Shown one piece after another: positions 52,593 to 61,525 of a stretch of DNA of 64,000 bases. This stretch comes from Gammaproteobacteria bacterium (lineage in GTDB: Bacteria; Pseudomonadota; Gammaproteobacteria; Magnimaribacterales; AG-339-G14). Location: contig QOPF01000002.1 of assembly GCA_003331625.1 (NCBI GenBank), forward strand, positions 1,482-65,481, given 5' to 3'. The notes beneath the pieces were generated by a model. That model worked only from the letters and a program-made list of their open reading frames with translations, was not told the DNA's origin and ran no database searches. The translations under genes were made by a program, and so were the position numbers. The number at the start of each line of letters is the position of its first letter. The stretch's first letter is position 1.

Positions 52593-53367
52593 AATCTTGA
52601 GGATGCAAAAGTAAATATCTTGTAGTGCTGTTTTTAATTTTCAAATTTTCTCCAGAATTCAAATCAAATTCATTGTGTCCGTCTAAAATGACTTTTGCTT
52701 TTTCATTATGTTCATATTTAAGCTCTAATTCATCTTCAGCAGGTATGACAAGCGGTCTTGTTGAGGAACTGTGAGAAAACATCGGCATGATAGCAAAAAC
52801 ATCTAAAGTGGGATACAAAACAGGACCTCCTCCGGAATACATGTAAGCAGTTGAGCCTGTAGCAGAAGAAATAATTAACCCGTCTGATTTATGATTTGCT
52901 ATTAACTTTTGATTTTTATAAATTGAAAAACTTGTCATTTTTGCTAATTCGCCCGAATGAAGAACAACTTCATTTACCAAAGTAAAAGAATTTTTATTGT
53001 TTGATACTTCTAAAAGATTTCGTGATTCTTCCTGATAGTTGCCTTTAAAGATTTTTGGAAGTTCTAGCTCCAAAGAGCCTAATTGGAGATCAGTTAAAAA
53101 ACCTAATTTTCCAATATTTACTCCCAGGAAGGGAGTTTTTAAGTGACTCAGATCTCTGATAGCCCCTATCATCGTTCCGTCTCCACCAATTACTAAAATG
53201 AGGTCTGCAGAAGAATCAAGTTTTTTTAGGTCAGATTGAGATTGATTTGCAACGACATTTCTTACAATAACACCGTTTTCATCTATGACTTTCTCACATC
53301 TTGATAACGTTTCTTTATAGTCACGAGTCGATGAGTGAATAATGTTTACAGAAGAAATTTTTTTCAT
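52534..53367 (-). CDS. nadK: NAD+ kinase
   Basis: It has GGDGTMIGA, NIGKLGFLT and SATGSTAY. Confidence 0.92.
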   Translation of the reverse strand: MKKISSVNIIHSSTRDYKETLSRCEKVIDENGVIVRNVVANQSQSDLKKLDSSADLILVIGGDGTMIGAIRDLSHLKTPFLGVNIGKLGFLTDLQLGSLELELPKIFKGNYQEESRNLLEVSNNKNSFTLVNEVVLHSGELAKMTSFSIYKNQKLIANHKSDGLIISSATGSTAYMYSGGGPVLYPTLDVFAIMPMFSHSSSTRPLVIPAEDELELKYEHNEKAKVILDGHNEFDLNSGENLKIKNSTTRYLLLHPQDYDYFEACRSKLYWGLPIVK

Positions 53368-53368
53368 T

Positions 53369-54100
53369 TTAGGTCCTTAAATCCTTTGGATCATAGTTTC
53401 TTACCATATATATAAAAATTGTATCTATTATCGCAATGAAAAACTTAAAAACATATTTTGTTAAGGCTATACCTAAGGCTACTTCAAAAGATAGTTGCCC
53501 AGCAAGAACCCAAACGAAAGTATATATGAAAGTATCAAGAGCTTGGGAGCTTAAAGTAGATAGATTATTCCTTAACCAGAGGTATTTATCACCAGTATAG
53601 GTTTTTATCTTATGAAAAACCCAGACGTCAAAACTTTGGCTTATTAAGTAAGCGGTAATGGAGCCTATTACGAAAATTGGTGAGTACAAAGCTAAAGTAG
53701 AAATTGCTTGATGAACTTCATTTGCTGATGAAGTTATTCCAGACGGAAGATAAAAAGTACTTAAAACAAGAGTGAACATTACTATTACATTGGCTACTGC
53801 TCCAATGATCACAGCTTTATTAGCTTCTTGCCTTCCATATTTTTCATTTAGAAGGTCAGTTGCAAAATATATTCCGGAATACATAATTGCTCCCATGCTA
53901 ACTACAAAAGTTTCACCAAATATATTAAGCTCGCTGACTTTTCCTCCTTGTAAATTAGCAAGAATGATTCCTAGTATAACTGCTGTATAAAGACCATTTT
54001 TACCAAAGAAATAGAAAAGAAAAATAGCTAAGGTCAAGTCATAAAATACTGTAAATATCCATAACATTTCTGGGTTTTGAATAAAAAATTCTAAAGACAT
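53369..54100 (-). CDS. yhhQ: queuosine-precursor transporter (YhhQ / DUF165 / VUT family)
   Basis: It is a polytopic membrane protein with the block FATDLLNEKYGRQEANKAVIIG, characteristic of YhhQ-type proteins. Confidence 0.75.
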   Translation of the reverse strand: MSLEFFIQNPEMLWIFTVFYDLTLAIFLFYFFGKNGLYTAVILGIILANLQGGKVSELNIFGETFVVSMGAIMYSGIYFATDLLNEKYGRQEANKAVIIGAVANVIVMFTLVLSTFYLPSGITSSANEVHQAISTLALYSPIFVIGSITAYLISQSFDVWVFHKIKTYTGDKYLWLRNNLSTLSSQALDTFIYTFVWVLAGQLSFEVALGIALTKYVFKFFIAIIDTIFIYMVRNYDPKDLRT

Positions 54101-54111
54101 GGCTGAATTTT

Positions 54112-54131
54112 AATTGTAAATTGCTACAATT
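54112..54131. repeat. 20-bp inverted repeat AATTGTA-aattgc-TACAATT in the yhhQ / ACAD divergent intergenic region (candidate operator or RNA hairpin)
   Basis: 7-bp perfect arms lie at 54112-54118 and 54125-54131. The 10-mer GTAAATTGCT (54116-54125) recurs at 54146-54155. Confidence 0.35.
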
Positions 54132-54188
54132 AGACACTAATTTGAGTAAATTGCTCATTTAATTAATTAAATATAACAAAACTTTATT

Positions 54189-55403
54189 ATGGAAAACTTA
54201 GAACAATTTAGAAAAGATACACAAGAATGGCTTGAGGCAAATTGTCCTCCTGAAATGAGAAAGCCTATGGGGCCTCGAGATGTCGTCTGGGGAGGAAGAA
54301 ATTGCATTTTTCCACATCCTGATGCCGAATTGTGGTTAGAAAAAATGGGTGAAAAAGGTTGGACCTGTCCTACTTGGCCAAAAGAATATGGCGGAGGCGG
54401 GCTAAGTTTTGATGAAAATAAAATTCTTCAAGAAGAACTTTCGGCGATCAAAGCCAGGCCAGCGTTATCTAGCTTTGGAATATGGATGTTAGGCCCAGCA
54501 TTACTTGAATTTGCATCTGAAGAACAAAAAAAAGAGCATATTCCGAATATAGTTAAGGGAAAAATAAGATGGTGTCAGGGTTATAGCGAACCAGGATCGG
54601 GTTCAGATTTAGCAAGTTTAAAAACTAAGGCTGAAGATAAAGGCGATCATTTTGAAGTGAATGGTCAAAAGGTTTGGACTTCATATGCGGATGAGTGCGA
54701 TATGATTTTTACGTTAGTAAGAACTGGACCACAAGAACCCAAACATGATGGTATAAGTTTTTTATTAATTGATATGGACCAACCAGGCGTAACAACGAAA
54801 CCTATAAAGCTCATTTCTGGAAAATCTCCTTTTTGCGAGACTTTTTTTGATAATGCTACGGTTCCTAAAGAAAATCTTGTAAACGAACTTAACAAAGGTT
54901 GGGATGTCGCCAAAAGACTTCTTCAACATGAAAGAAATATGATTGCTGGGATGGGTCTTGGTGGCGGTTCTGCAAAAAAAGGAAAAGCAAAACCTGTAAC
55001 TTCAGGTATGGCTACTATGGCAAAGGGTTATGTCGGAGAGGAAAATGGAAAAATTGCTAACCCTGCTCTTAGACAAAAAATAGCCTCTTTTGACATAAAT
55101 TCTCATGCTTTTTCATTAACGATGAAAAGAGCTAGCGAAGAGAGTAAGTCTTCTAATTCAGGTCCAAGCGCTGCTTCCTCGATGTTTAAATATTACGGTA
55201 GTGAAAGCAATAAACTGAGATACGAATTAATGCTGGAAGCAATGGGTACAAAGGCTTTAGGATGGGAAGGTGCTGGCTTTGGACCAGCAGAACTTGCTAT
55301 AACAAGAGAATGGTTAAGGACTAAGGCAAATTCTATAGAAGGAGGAACTTCTGAAGTTCAACTCAATATAATTGCTAAAAGAGTTTTAGACTTACCTCAA
55401 TAA
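54189..55403 (+). CDS. acyl-CoA dehydrogenase family protein (candidate catalytic subunit)
   Basis: It has WCQGYSEPGSGSDLASLKT and NGQKVWTSYA. The C-terminal SIEGGTSEVQLNIIAKRVLDLPQ is a FadE-type G-G-T-x-E-[IV]-Q...RVLxLP tail. Confidence 0.9.
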   Translation: MENLEQFRKDTQEWLEANCPPEMRKPMGPRDVVWGGRNCIFPHPDAELWLEKMGEKGWTCPTWPKEYGGGGLSFDENKILQEELSAIKARPALSSFGIWMLGPALLEFASEEQKKEHIPNIVKGKIRWCQGYSEPGSGSDLASLKTKAEDKGDHFEVNGQKVWTSYADECDMIFTLVRTGPQEPKHDGISFLLIDMDQPGVTTKPIKLISGKSPFCETFFDNATVPKENLVNELNKGWDVAKRLLQHERNMIAGMGLGGGSAKKGKAKPVTSGMATMAKGYVGEENGKIANPALRQKIASFDINSHAFSLTMKRASEESKSSNSGPSAASSMFKYYGSESNKLRYELMLEAMGTKALGWEGAGFGPAELAITREWLRTKANSIEGGTSEVQLNIIAKRVLDLPQ

Positions 55404-55424
55404 AATAGATATTAGGGAGAATAT

Positions 55425-56561
55425 ATGTCATTAGTTTTAAATGAAGAACAAACCTTTCTGAAGGATAGCGCAAAAAAATTTGCATTAGAAAGAACTCCTA
55501 CTACTCATTTTCGTGAAGTTAGGGACAGTGAAATTGAAAATTGCTATAACGAGGAAATTTGGAATGAAATGGTTGCTTTGGGATGGGCTGGAATTCTTAT
55601 TCCTGAAGAGTATGGTGGTTCAAATTTTGGCGTTGCTGGAATAGCTTCTATCCTTGAAGAACTTGGCAAAACTCTTACTCCCTCTCCCTTGTTTTCTACA
55701 GCAGTTGTTGGAGTAAGTTTAGTTAATCATGCAAATGATGTAGTAAAAAAAGAAATTCTTACCAAGGTTGCAGGTGAGGGATTGAAGCTTTCTCTGGCTT
55801 TAGAAGAATCTAATCATCACAATCCAAAAAAAATATCTTGCTCTATTGAAAAGGAAGGAGAAGACTTTTTTATCAATGGTGAAAAATCCTTTGTGCTTGA
55901 TGGCACTTTTGCAGACAAAATAATTGTTGCATGTAGGTCATCTAACAACGAGTCAGAAAAAGATGGAATTAGTCTTTTAATCGTTGATACTAATTCTGAA
56001 GGATTATCTATTACACCAACAAAAATGGTTGATTCTAGAAATGCTGCAAACATTAAATTTGATAATGTAAAAAGCTCTGCCGATAATCTTATTGGCGAGG
56101 AAGGAAAAGGTTTTGAAATCTTAGAAAAAGTACTAGACATTTCCAGAGTTGCTATCTCTGCCGAAATGTTGGGAAGTGCTCTTCAAGCCTATGAAATAAC
56201 TTTAGATTATTTAAAAGAAAGAGATCAATTTGGCGCAAAAATTGGTTCATTTCAAGCTTTACAACACCGAGCAGCAATAATGTTTTCAGAGTTAGAGCTT
56301 TGTAAATCGTGCGTAATAGAATCAGTTACTTCCTTTGATGAGGGTAGTAATGATTTGGAAAGATTAGCGAGTCTTGCTAAAGCAAAAGTCGGAGAAGTTT
56401 TTCATCTTATTTCAAACGAATCTGTTCAGCTACACGGGGGTGTTGGTGTTACTGATGAATACGACATAGGGCTTTATTTAAAGAGAGCCAGAGTAGCAGA
56501 ACAGATCTTTGGAAACTCAGAATTTCATAAAAATAGATATGCTGAATTAACCGGTTATTAA
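55425..56561 (+). CDS. acyl-CoA dehydrogenase family protein (C-terminal motif degenerate; candidate partner subunit)
   Basis: ACAD-fold blocks are GWAGILIPEEYGG, INGEKSFVLDG, RDQFGAKIGSFQALQHRAA and LHGGVGVTDEY. The C-terminus reads AEQIFGNSEFHKNRYAELTGY instead of the GGTxE[IV]Q motif. A strong SD (GGGAG) precedes the ATG. Confidence 0.88.
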   Translation: MSLVLNEEQTFLKDSAKKFALERTPTTHFREVRDSEIENCYNEEIWNEMVALGWAGILIPEEYGGSNFGVAGIASILEELGKTLTPSPLFSTAVVGVSLVNHANDVVKKEILTKVAGEGLKLSLALEESNHHNPKKISCSIEKEGEDFFINGEKSFVLDGTFADKIIVACRSSNNESEKDGISLLIVDTNSEGLSITPTKMVDSRNAANIKFDNVKSSADNLIGEEGKGFEILEKVLDISRVAISAEMLGSALQAYEITLDYLKERDQFGAKIGSFQALQHRAAIMFSELELCKSCVIESVTSFDEGSNDLERLASLAKAKVGEVFHLISNESVQLHGGVGVTDEYDIGLYLKRARVAEQIFGNSEFHKNRYAELTGY

Positions 56562-56569
56562 ATTAAGCC

Positions 56570-56953
56570 GTGGTTGAAACCAAGATAAATAACCTTATCG
56601 AAATAATCTCAAAACTAAGAGATCCAAATTTTGGATGCGAATGGACTAAAATACAAAATTCTGAATCTTTATTACCTTTTTTAAAAGAAGAAGTTGAAGA
56701 GGTGGCTGAAGCAATTGAAAAAAAAGATTTTCAAAACTTAAAGGATGAGCTAGGCGATCTGCTTCTTCAAATAGTTTTGCATAGTCATATCAGCGATGAA
56801 AATAATAAATTTTCTTTTGAAGAAGTAGTGGATAATTTATGTGAAAAACTGATTAGAAGACATCCTTATGTTTTTAATGAAAAAAGACCGCATACAATCG
56901 AAGATCAAAGAAAAGCATATTTTAGGATTAAAGATTTAGAGAAAACAAAATGA
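56570..56953 (+). CDS. MazG-like nucleoside triphosphate pyrophosphohydrolase (single-domain short form)
   Basis: It has EVEEVAEAIEKKD...LKDELGDLLLQIVLHS (the EExxE...DxxL MazG motif) and RRHPYVF. The start codon is GTG. Confidence 0.85.
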   Translation: MVETKINNLIEIISKLRDPNFGCEWTKIQNSESLLPFLKEEVEEVAEAIEKKDFQNLKDELGDLLLQIVLHSHISDENNKFSFEEVVDNLCEKLIRRHPYVFNEKRPHTIEDQRKAYFRIKDLEKTK

Positions 56954-57825
56954 AATTTATATTTGAAAATATAATAGGAATAACATCGATTACCATTTTG
57001 GTTTTAAATACTTTTATCCTGTCATGCTTGTTGATCCCTCTAGGAATAATCAAATTTTTCTTACCAATAACAGGTCTAAAAGTGTTGTTCACAAAATTTA
57101 TTATAAAAGTCGGTGAATTATGGATCTTCACTAATAAAATTTGGGTAAAAGCTTTACACAACCCAAAATGGCAAATTATCGGTAAAGAAAATATTAAGTC
57201 TGATGGTTGGACTATAGCTACCTCAAATCATCAATCTTTTGCAGACATATTTCTCCTGCAAGATATCACTAACAGAAAGATGCCTATGCTTAAATTTTTT
57301 ATGAAATATGTTCTAATTTACGTTCCAGTAATAGGTCTTTCTTGGTGGGCCTTGGATATGCCTTTTTTGAAAAGATATACAAAAAAACAACTTGAAAATA
57401 ATCCCGAGTTGCGCGGTAAGGATGTAAGAGAAATGAGAAGAGCATTGAAACATTATGCTCTATATCCTGTAACCGTATTTAGTTTTGCTGAAGGTACTAG
57501 ATTTACAATTAAAAAAAATTTACATCAGAAAAGTCCTTTTAAAAATCTTTTAAAGCCAAAAGAAGGAGGATTAGCTACCGCTTTGAGTTTAGTTAATGAA
57601 ATAGATTCTTTAATAGATTTCACAATTAAGTTTGATACAAAAAAAAGAAGTTTTTGGGATTATCTTTGTGGAAGAATGAATTCTGTAAAAGTTATAATTA
57701 GAGAGATTAAAATTCCAGCAAAGTTTCTAAACATAGACCTATTAGAGAATAAAATTTTAAGATCAGAGTTTAAAGACTGGCTTCATAATATTTGGAACGA
57801 AAAGGATACTTTAATAGGCAAGTAA
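56950..57825 (+). CDS. yihG: YihG-like lysophospholipid acyltransferase
   Basis: The HX4D motif is NHQSFAD. It also has WWALDMPFLKRY, ELRGKDV, FAEGTRF and WLHNIWNEKDTLI. These align block-for-block with my recollection of E. coli YihG. Confidence 0.75.
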   Translation: MKFIFENIIGITSITILVLNTFILSCLLIPLGIIKFFLPITGLKVLFTKFIIKVGELWIFTNKIWVKALHNPKWQIIGKENIKSDGWTIATSNHQSFADIFLLQDITNRKMPMLKFFMKYVLIYVPVIGLSWWALDMPFLKRYTKKQLENNPELRGKDVREMRRALKHYALYPVTVFSFAEGTRFTIKKNLHQKSPFKNLLKPKEGGLATALSLVNEIDSLIDFTIKFDTKKRSFWDYLCGRMNSVKVIIREIKIPAKFLNIDLLENKILRSEFKDWLHNIWNEKDTLIGK

Positions 57826-57828
57826 ATA

Positions 57829-59877
57829 ATGTTTTTAAAAAAAATTCTATTCCTTAAAATTCCATTTTTAATCTTTTGGCTATTCTTTTCATTAAATATT
57901 TTTTCTAGTAATGATTTAGAAGTCAAAGCAGAATATGACGGACTTATTAGTGAAATCTTTCAAATTTTAAATGAGGATCACTTTAAGAAAAATACTCAAG
58001 TAACTGAAGAAAAAGTACTAACAAATTTTTTATTAAATTTAGATAAAGAAAAAGTTATATTTACAAAGAAAGAATCTAATTCTTTCTTAAGTAAATTCAA
58101 GAATATATTTAATTTAAAACAAGTTTTTGATATTTATCTAAGCTATTCCAATAGGTCATTAGAATTGATAAATTCTCAAAAACTTATTGTGGAATCTCTT
58201 AAGAATACTAGTGATTTAAATAGTATTTATTTTATTGATAAAAATAGAGAAAATAAGGATTCTTTTAATTCTCTCGAAGAAATTAAAAATTATCATTCTT
58301 TATTAATAAAAAATGAATTCATAAGTGTTCTCCTGTCAAATGACGATTTTGTCAGCACAAAAAGAAAAATATTAAAGAGACTGGATAATAGGATAAAAAG
58401 TTTAAATAGAATTAAGTCTGATGATATTTTCTCTTTATACACGAACTCCATTACTTCTTTATATGATCCTCATACAAACTATCTTTCGCCTAAATCTCAA
58501 GAAGATTTTGAAATAAATATGAGTCTTTCTTTGGAAGGTATAGGTGCTATTCTCTCAATTGAAGATGGTATTACAAAGATAGTAAGGCTCATTCCTGGTG
58601 GACCTGCTGATAAATCAGGCCTGTTAAAGGTAAACGATAAGATTGTTGGAGTAGCGTCATTGCCTGAAAAAGATTTGGAAGATGTAAGAGACTGGAGAAT
58701 TGATGAAGTTGTCAGATTAATTAGAGGTCCTAAGAATACTAGAGTTAGATTAGAAATAATTCCAAATTCTTCTCCTGACGATATATTAGGAAAAGTAATA
58801 GAAATTACAAGAGGACTTGTAAAACTTGAAGATCAGGCAGCTAAGAAGAAACAAATAGAAATATTTAAAACAAATAAATCTTACAACATTGGCGTAATAG
58901 ATTTACCTGCTTTTTATATGGATTTTGATGCATTTAGTAAAAATCAATTTAATTATAAAAGTAGTTCTAAGGATGTAAGGAATTTATTAAGAGAACTTAA
59001 AGAAGAACAAGTTGATGGAGTGATTTTGGATCTCAGGGGAAATTCTGGAGGTTCCTTATATGAAGCTTATTCCCTAGCAAAATTATTCATTGGGAAAGGA
59101 AGTGTTGTTCAAGTTATGGAGTCAAATGGTTCAATTCAGCCTTTAGGTCATACCCGTGGACTACAAAATTATGCCGGACCTGTTTTAATTCTAGTTGATA
59201 AATTGAGTGCATCTGCATCAGAAATTTTAGCGGGAGCATTTCAGGATTATAAAAGAGGTTTGGTAGTAGGAACGAGTACATTTGGGAAAGGAACGGTTCA
59301 GCGCCTAGAAAACCTTTCATATGGTCAATTAAAATTTACTGAACAAAAATTCTATAGAGTTTCGGGTAAAAGTACTCAGAATTTAGGAGTAGTGCCTGAC
59401 ATTAATTTACCTTTCGTTTTTGACAGTGAAGAGATAGGAGAAATGACATTAGAAAACTCTCTTCCTTATGATGATATATCCTCTCTTGAATATGCTCCTT
59501 TTGATTCAACTTCTAATATAGACATGATTCAAAGTTTTTCTAGAAAAAGAGTTTTAGACTCTAATTTAAACGAATATATAAAAGGTCAAAAAAATTATGC
59601 AAAAAAAGAAATTGAAAAAGAATTGATTCCTGTAAATTATTTGGTAAGAAAGTCTAAAAAAAGATCTCAAGAAGAAAAAAGACTTTTCATAGAAAATAAA
59701 TTTAGGACATCATTAGGATTAAAGCCTTATCTAAATTTTCAAGAATTCTTAGATGCTGATCCTGAAGAAATTAATGAGTTTTCAGAAAAAATGGTTTTAG
59801 AGGAAGCAGCGAGAATACTGATAGATCAGATTAATTTCAGCAAGCCTAAAAGATTGTCAAGAGTGGAATCAAGATGA
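57829..59877 (+). CDS. prc: tail-specific (C-terminal processing) protease, S41 family
   Basis: 682 aa with a signal peptide and a PDZ domain (GGPADKSGLLKVNDKIVGV). S41 blocks are LDLRGNSGG, SASASEILAGA and TFGKGTVQ. Confidence 0.92.
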   Translation: MFLKKILFLKIPFLIFWLFFSLNIFSSNDLEVKAEYDGLISEIFQILNEDHFKKNTQVTEEKVLTNFLLNLDKEKVIFTKKESNSFLSKFKNIFNLKQVFDIYLSYSNRSLELINSQKLIVESLKNTSDLNSIYFIDKNRENKDSFNSLEEIKNYHSLLIKNEFISVLLSNDDFVSTKRKILKRLDNRIKSLNRIKSDDIFSLYTNSITSLYDPHTNYLSPKSQEDFEINMSLSLEGIGAILSIEDGITKIVRLIPGGPADKSGLLKVNDKIVGVASLPEKDLEDVRDWRIDEVVRLIRGPKNTRVRLEIIPNSSPDDILGKVIEITRGLVKLEDQAAKKKQIEIFKTNKSYNIGVIDLPAFYMDFDAFSKNQFNYKSSSKDVRNLLRELKEEQVDGVILDLRGNSGGSLYEAYSLAKLFIGKGSVVQVMESNGSIQPLGHTRGLQNYAGPVLILVDKLSASASEILAGAFQDYKRGLVVGTSTFGKGTVQRLENLSYGQLKFTEQKFYRVSGKSTQNLGVVPDINLPFVFDSEEIGEMTLENSLPYDDISSLEYAPFDSTSNIDMIQSFSRKRVLDSNLNEYIKGQKNYAKKEIEKELIPVNYLVRKSKKRSQEEKRLFIENKFRTSLGLKPYLNFQEFLDADPEEINEFSEKMVLEEAARILIDQINFSKPKRLSRVESR

Positions 59878-60686
59878 AGATATTTTCTTTTAATGTTAAT
59901 GGTCTGAGAGCAAGACTTCACCAGCTAAGTGAGCTTATTAAAAAACATTCACCTGAAATAATTTGCTTACAAGAAACTAAGGTCGATAACGAAAACTTTC
60001 CAATGGAGAGTATAAATGAGCTTGGTTATCAAGCTTTGATCAATGGTCAAAAGGGTCATTATGGAGTCGCTACTTTATATAAAAAGGAACCAAATTTTTA
60101 TCAGATAGGTTTTCCGTCTGATGATAAAGATGCTCAATGTCGTTTGATTTCTTCGGAGCATATGTTCAACAAAAAGAAAGTGACCATTATTAATGGTTAT
60201 TTTCCTCAAGGCGAAAGTAGAGATCATCCAAAAAAATTCCCTTATAAAGAAAAATTTTTTAAAGATTTAATGAAATATCTTGATAGTAATTTCACTAATA
60301 AAGATAACGTAATTATTCTTGGAGATTTAAATATTTCTCCAGAGGACATAGATATTGGCATTGGAGAAAATAATAGAAAAAGATGGTTGGCTACTGGAAA
60401 ATGTAGCTTTTTACCTGAAGAAAGAGAGTGGCTGAAAAAAATTAAAGATTGGGGATTCTATGATTCTTATAGAAAATTTTTTCCTTCCAGAGATGATAGA
60501 TACAGTTGGTTTGATTATAGAAGTAGAGGCTTTAACGATAACCCTAAAAGAGGACTTAGAATTGACCATCTTTGGGTAACTAGTTCCCTTCTAGATATTT
60601 CAGAAGAATCTGATATAGATTACGAAATCAGAGCTATGGAAAAACCATCTGATCATGCTCCTGTTTGGACTGATTTTAATTTTTAA
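59874..60686 (+). CDS. xthA: exodeoxyribonuclease III
   Basis: It has FNVNGLRAR, CLQETK, GDLNISPEDID and PSDHAPVW. It forms an ATGA overlap with the prc stop. Confidence 0.94.
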   Translation: MKIFSFNVNGLRARLHQLSELIKKHSPEIICLQETKVDNENFPMESINELGYQALINGQKGHYGVATLYKKEPNFYQIGFPSDDKDAQCRLISSEHMFNKKKVTIINGYFPQGESRDHPKKFPYKEKFFKDLMKYLDSNFTNKDNVIILGDLNISPEDIDIGIGENNRKRWLATGKCSFLPEEREWLKKIKDWGFYDSYRKFFPSRDDRYSWFDYRSRGFNDNPKRGLRIDHLWVTSSLLDISEESDIDYEIRAMEKPSDHAPVWTDFNF

Positions 60687-61146
60687 CCCTTCTTTCTTTA
60701 AAGAAATCTTTTAGTAGTTGACTGCTTTCTTCAGACAAAACGCCTTTTGTGATTGAAATTTTATGATTTAAAAAAGTTTCATCAACTAAATTTAAATTGC
60801 TAGTTATAACTCCAGATTTAGGATCGTCTGACGCATAGATTAAGTTATTTATTCTTGCATGGATACATGCTCCAAAGCACATAAGACAAGGTTCTAAAGT
60901 TACATACAAGTTACATTCATTTAGCCTGTAATTTCCTATTTTTTCTCCTGCATCTCTAAGAACATTTATTTCTGCATGAGCTGATGGATCATTAAGTTTT
61001 ATAGGCATGTTATGTGCTGAAGAGACAATCTTATTGTCTTTTACTAAAACAGCGCCAATCGGTACTTCGCCAATTAAAGAAGCTTTTTTAGCTTCTTCGA
61101 TAGCCATCCTCATGAATCTAATATCTTTTTCGACCTTGCTATTCAA
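60676..61146 (-). CDS. tadA: tRNA adenosine(34) deaminase
   Basis: It has the CDA zinc motifs HAEINVL and PCLMCFGAC. The track start at 61146 is a TTG. The ATG at 61113 (MRMAIEEAKKA) is an alternative. Confidence 0.9.
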   Translation of the reverse strand: MNSKVEKDIRFMRMAIEEAKKASLIGEVPIGAVLVKDNKIVSSAHNMPIKLNDPSAHAEINVLRDAGEKIGNYRLNECNLYVTLEPCLMCFGACIHARINNLIYASDDPKSGVITSNLNLVDETFLNHKISITKGVLSEESSQLLKDFFKERRVKN

Positions 61147-61525
61147 GAATCTTTTTTATCAAAGTTATTGAAGATTCCATGCCATCTTTTATAAGCTGCT
61201 CAAAATGGTCAGGTTCAACTTCCGAAGTCCAAATGAGAGTTGCACGATTTTCTGCTTCAGCCAATACCAAGATTTTTGCAAGATGATGATTTAAGGGAGC
61301 AGGAGATTTTATTACGCTGTACGAAAGAGTTTTCTTTTCATTATTTAGGTCTATTATTTGTTCCTTTATCTCTCCTACACCGTCCATGATAAAAGTTCTG
61401 ATGTTATCCTCGAGTAATATATCTTTAGCGAATGGTACCCAATCTGAACGAGTGACATCGGAAAATAAGTTCCAAAGATCATCTGCGGAACAATTAAATT
61501 TTGTCTGAATTTTAATTAATTTCAT
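61139..61525 (-). CDS. SRPBCC (START / polyketide-cyclase-like) ligand-binding protein
   Basis: 128 aa with the typical N-terminal pattern (CSADDLWNLFSDVTRSDW) and a long C-terminal helix. This is a fold-level call only. Confidence 0.6.
   Translation of the reverse strand: MKLIKIQTKFNCSADDLWNLFSDVTRSDWVPFAKDILLEDNIRTFIMDGVGEIKEQIIDLNNEKKTLSYSVIKSPAPLNHHLAKILVLAEAENRATLIWTSEVEPDHFEQLIKDGMESSITLIKKILE

Noticed and set aside
54101-54188. A possible preQ1 riboswitch upstream of the queuosine-precursor transporter yhhQ.
   Set aside because: YhhQ genes are often preQ1-regulated, and there is a hairpin followed by an A-rich tail. However, the loop is only 6 nt (GCAAUU), and the conserved preQ1-I features as I remember them are absent. 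These are a C-containing 11-13-nt loop, an ACCC-type 3' stem and an AAAAAACUA tail. An Rfam/Infernal scan would settle it.
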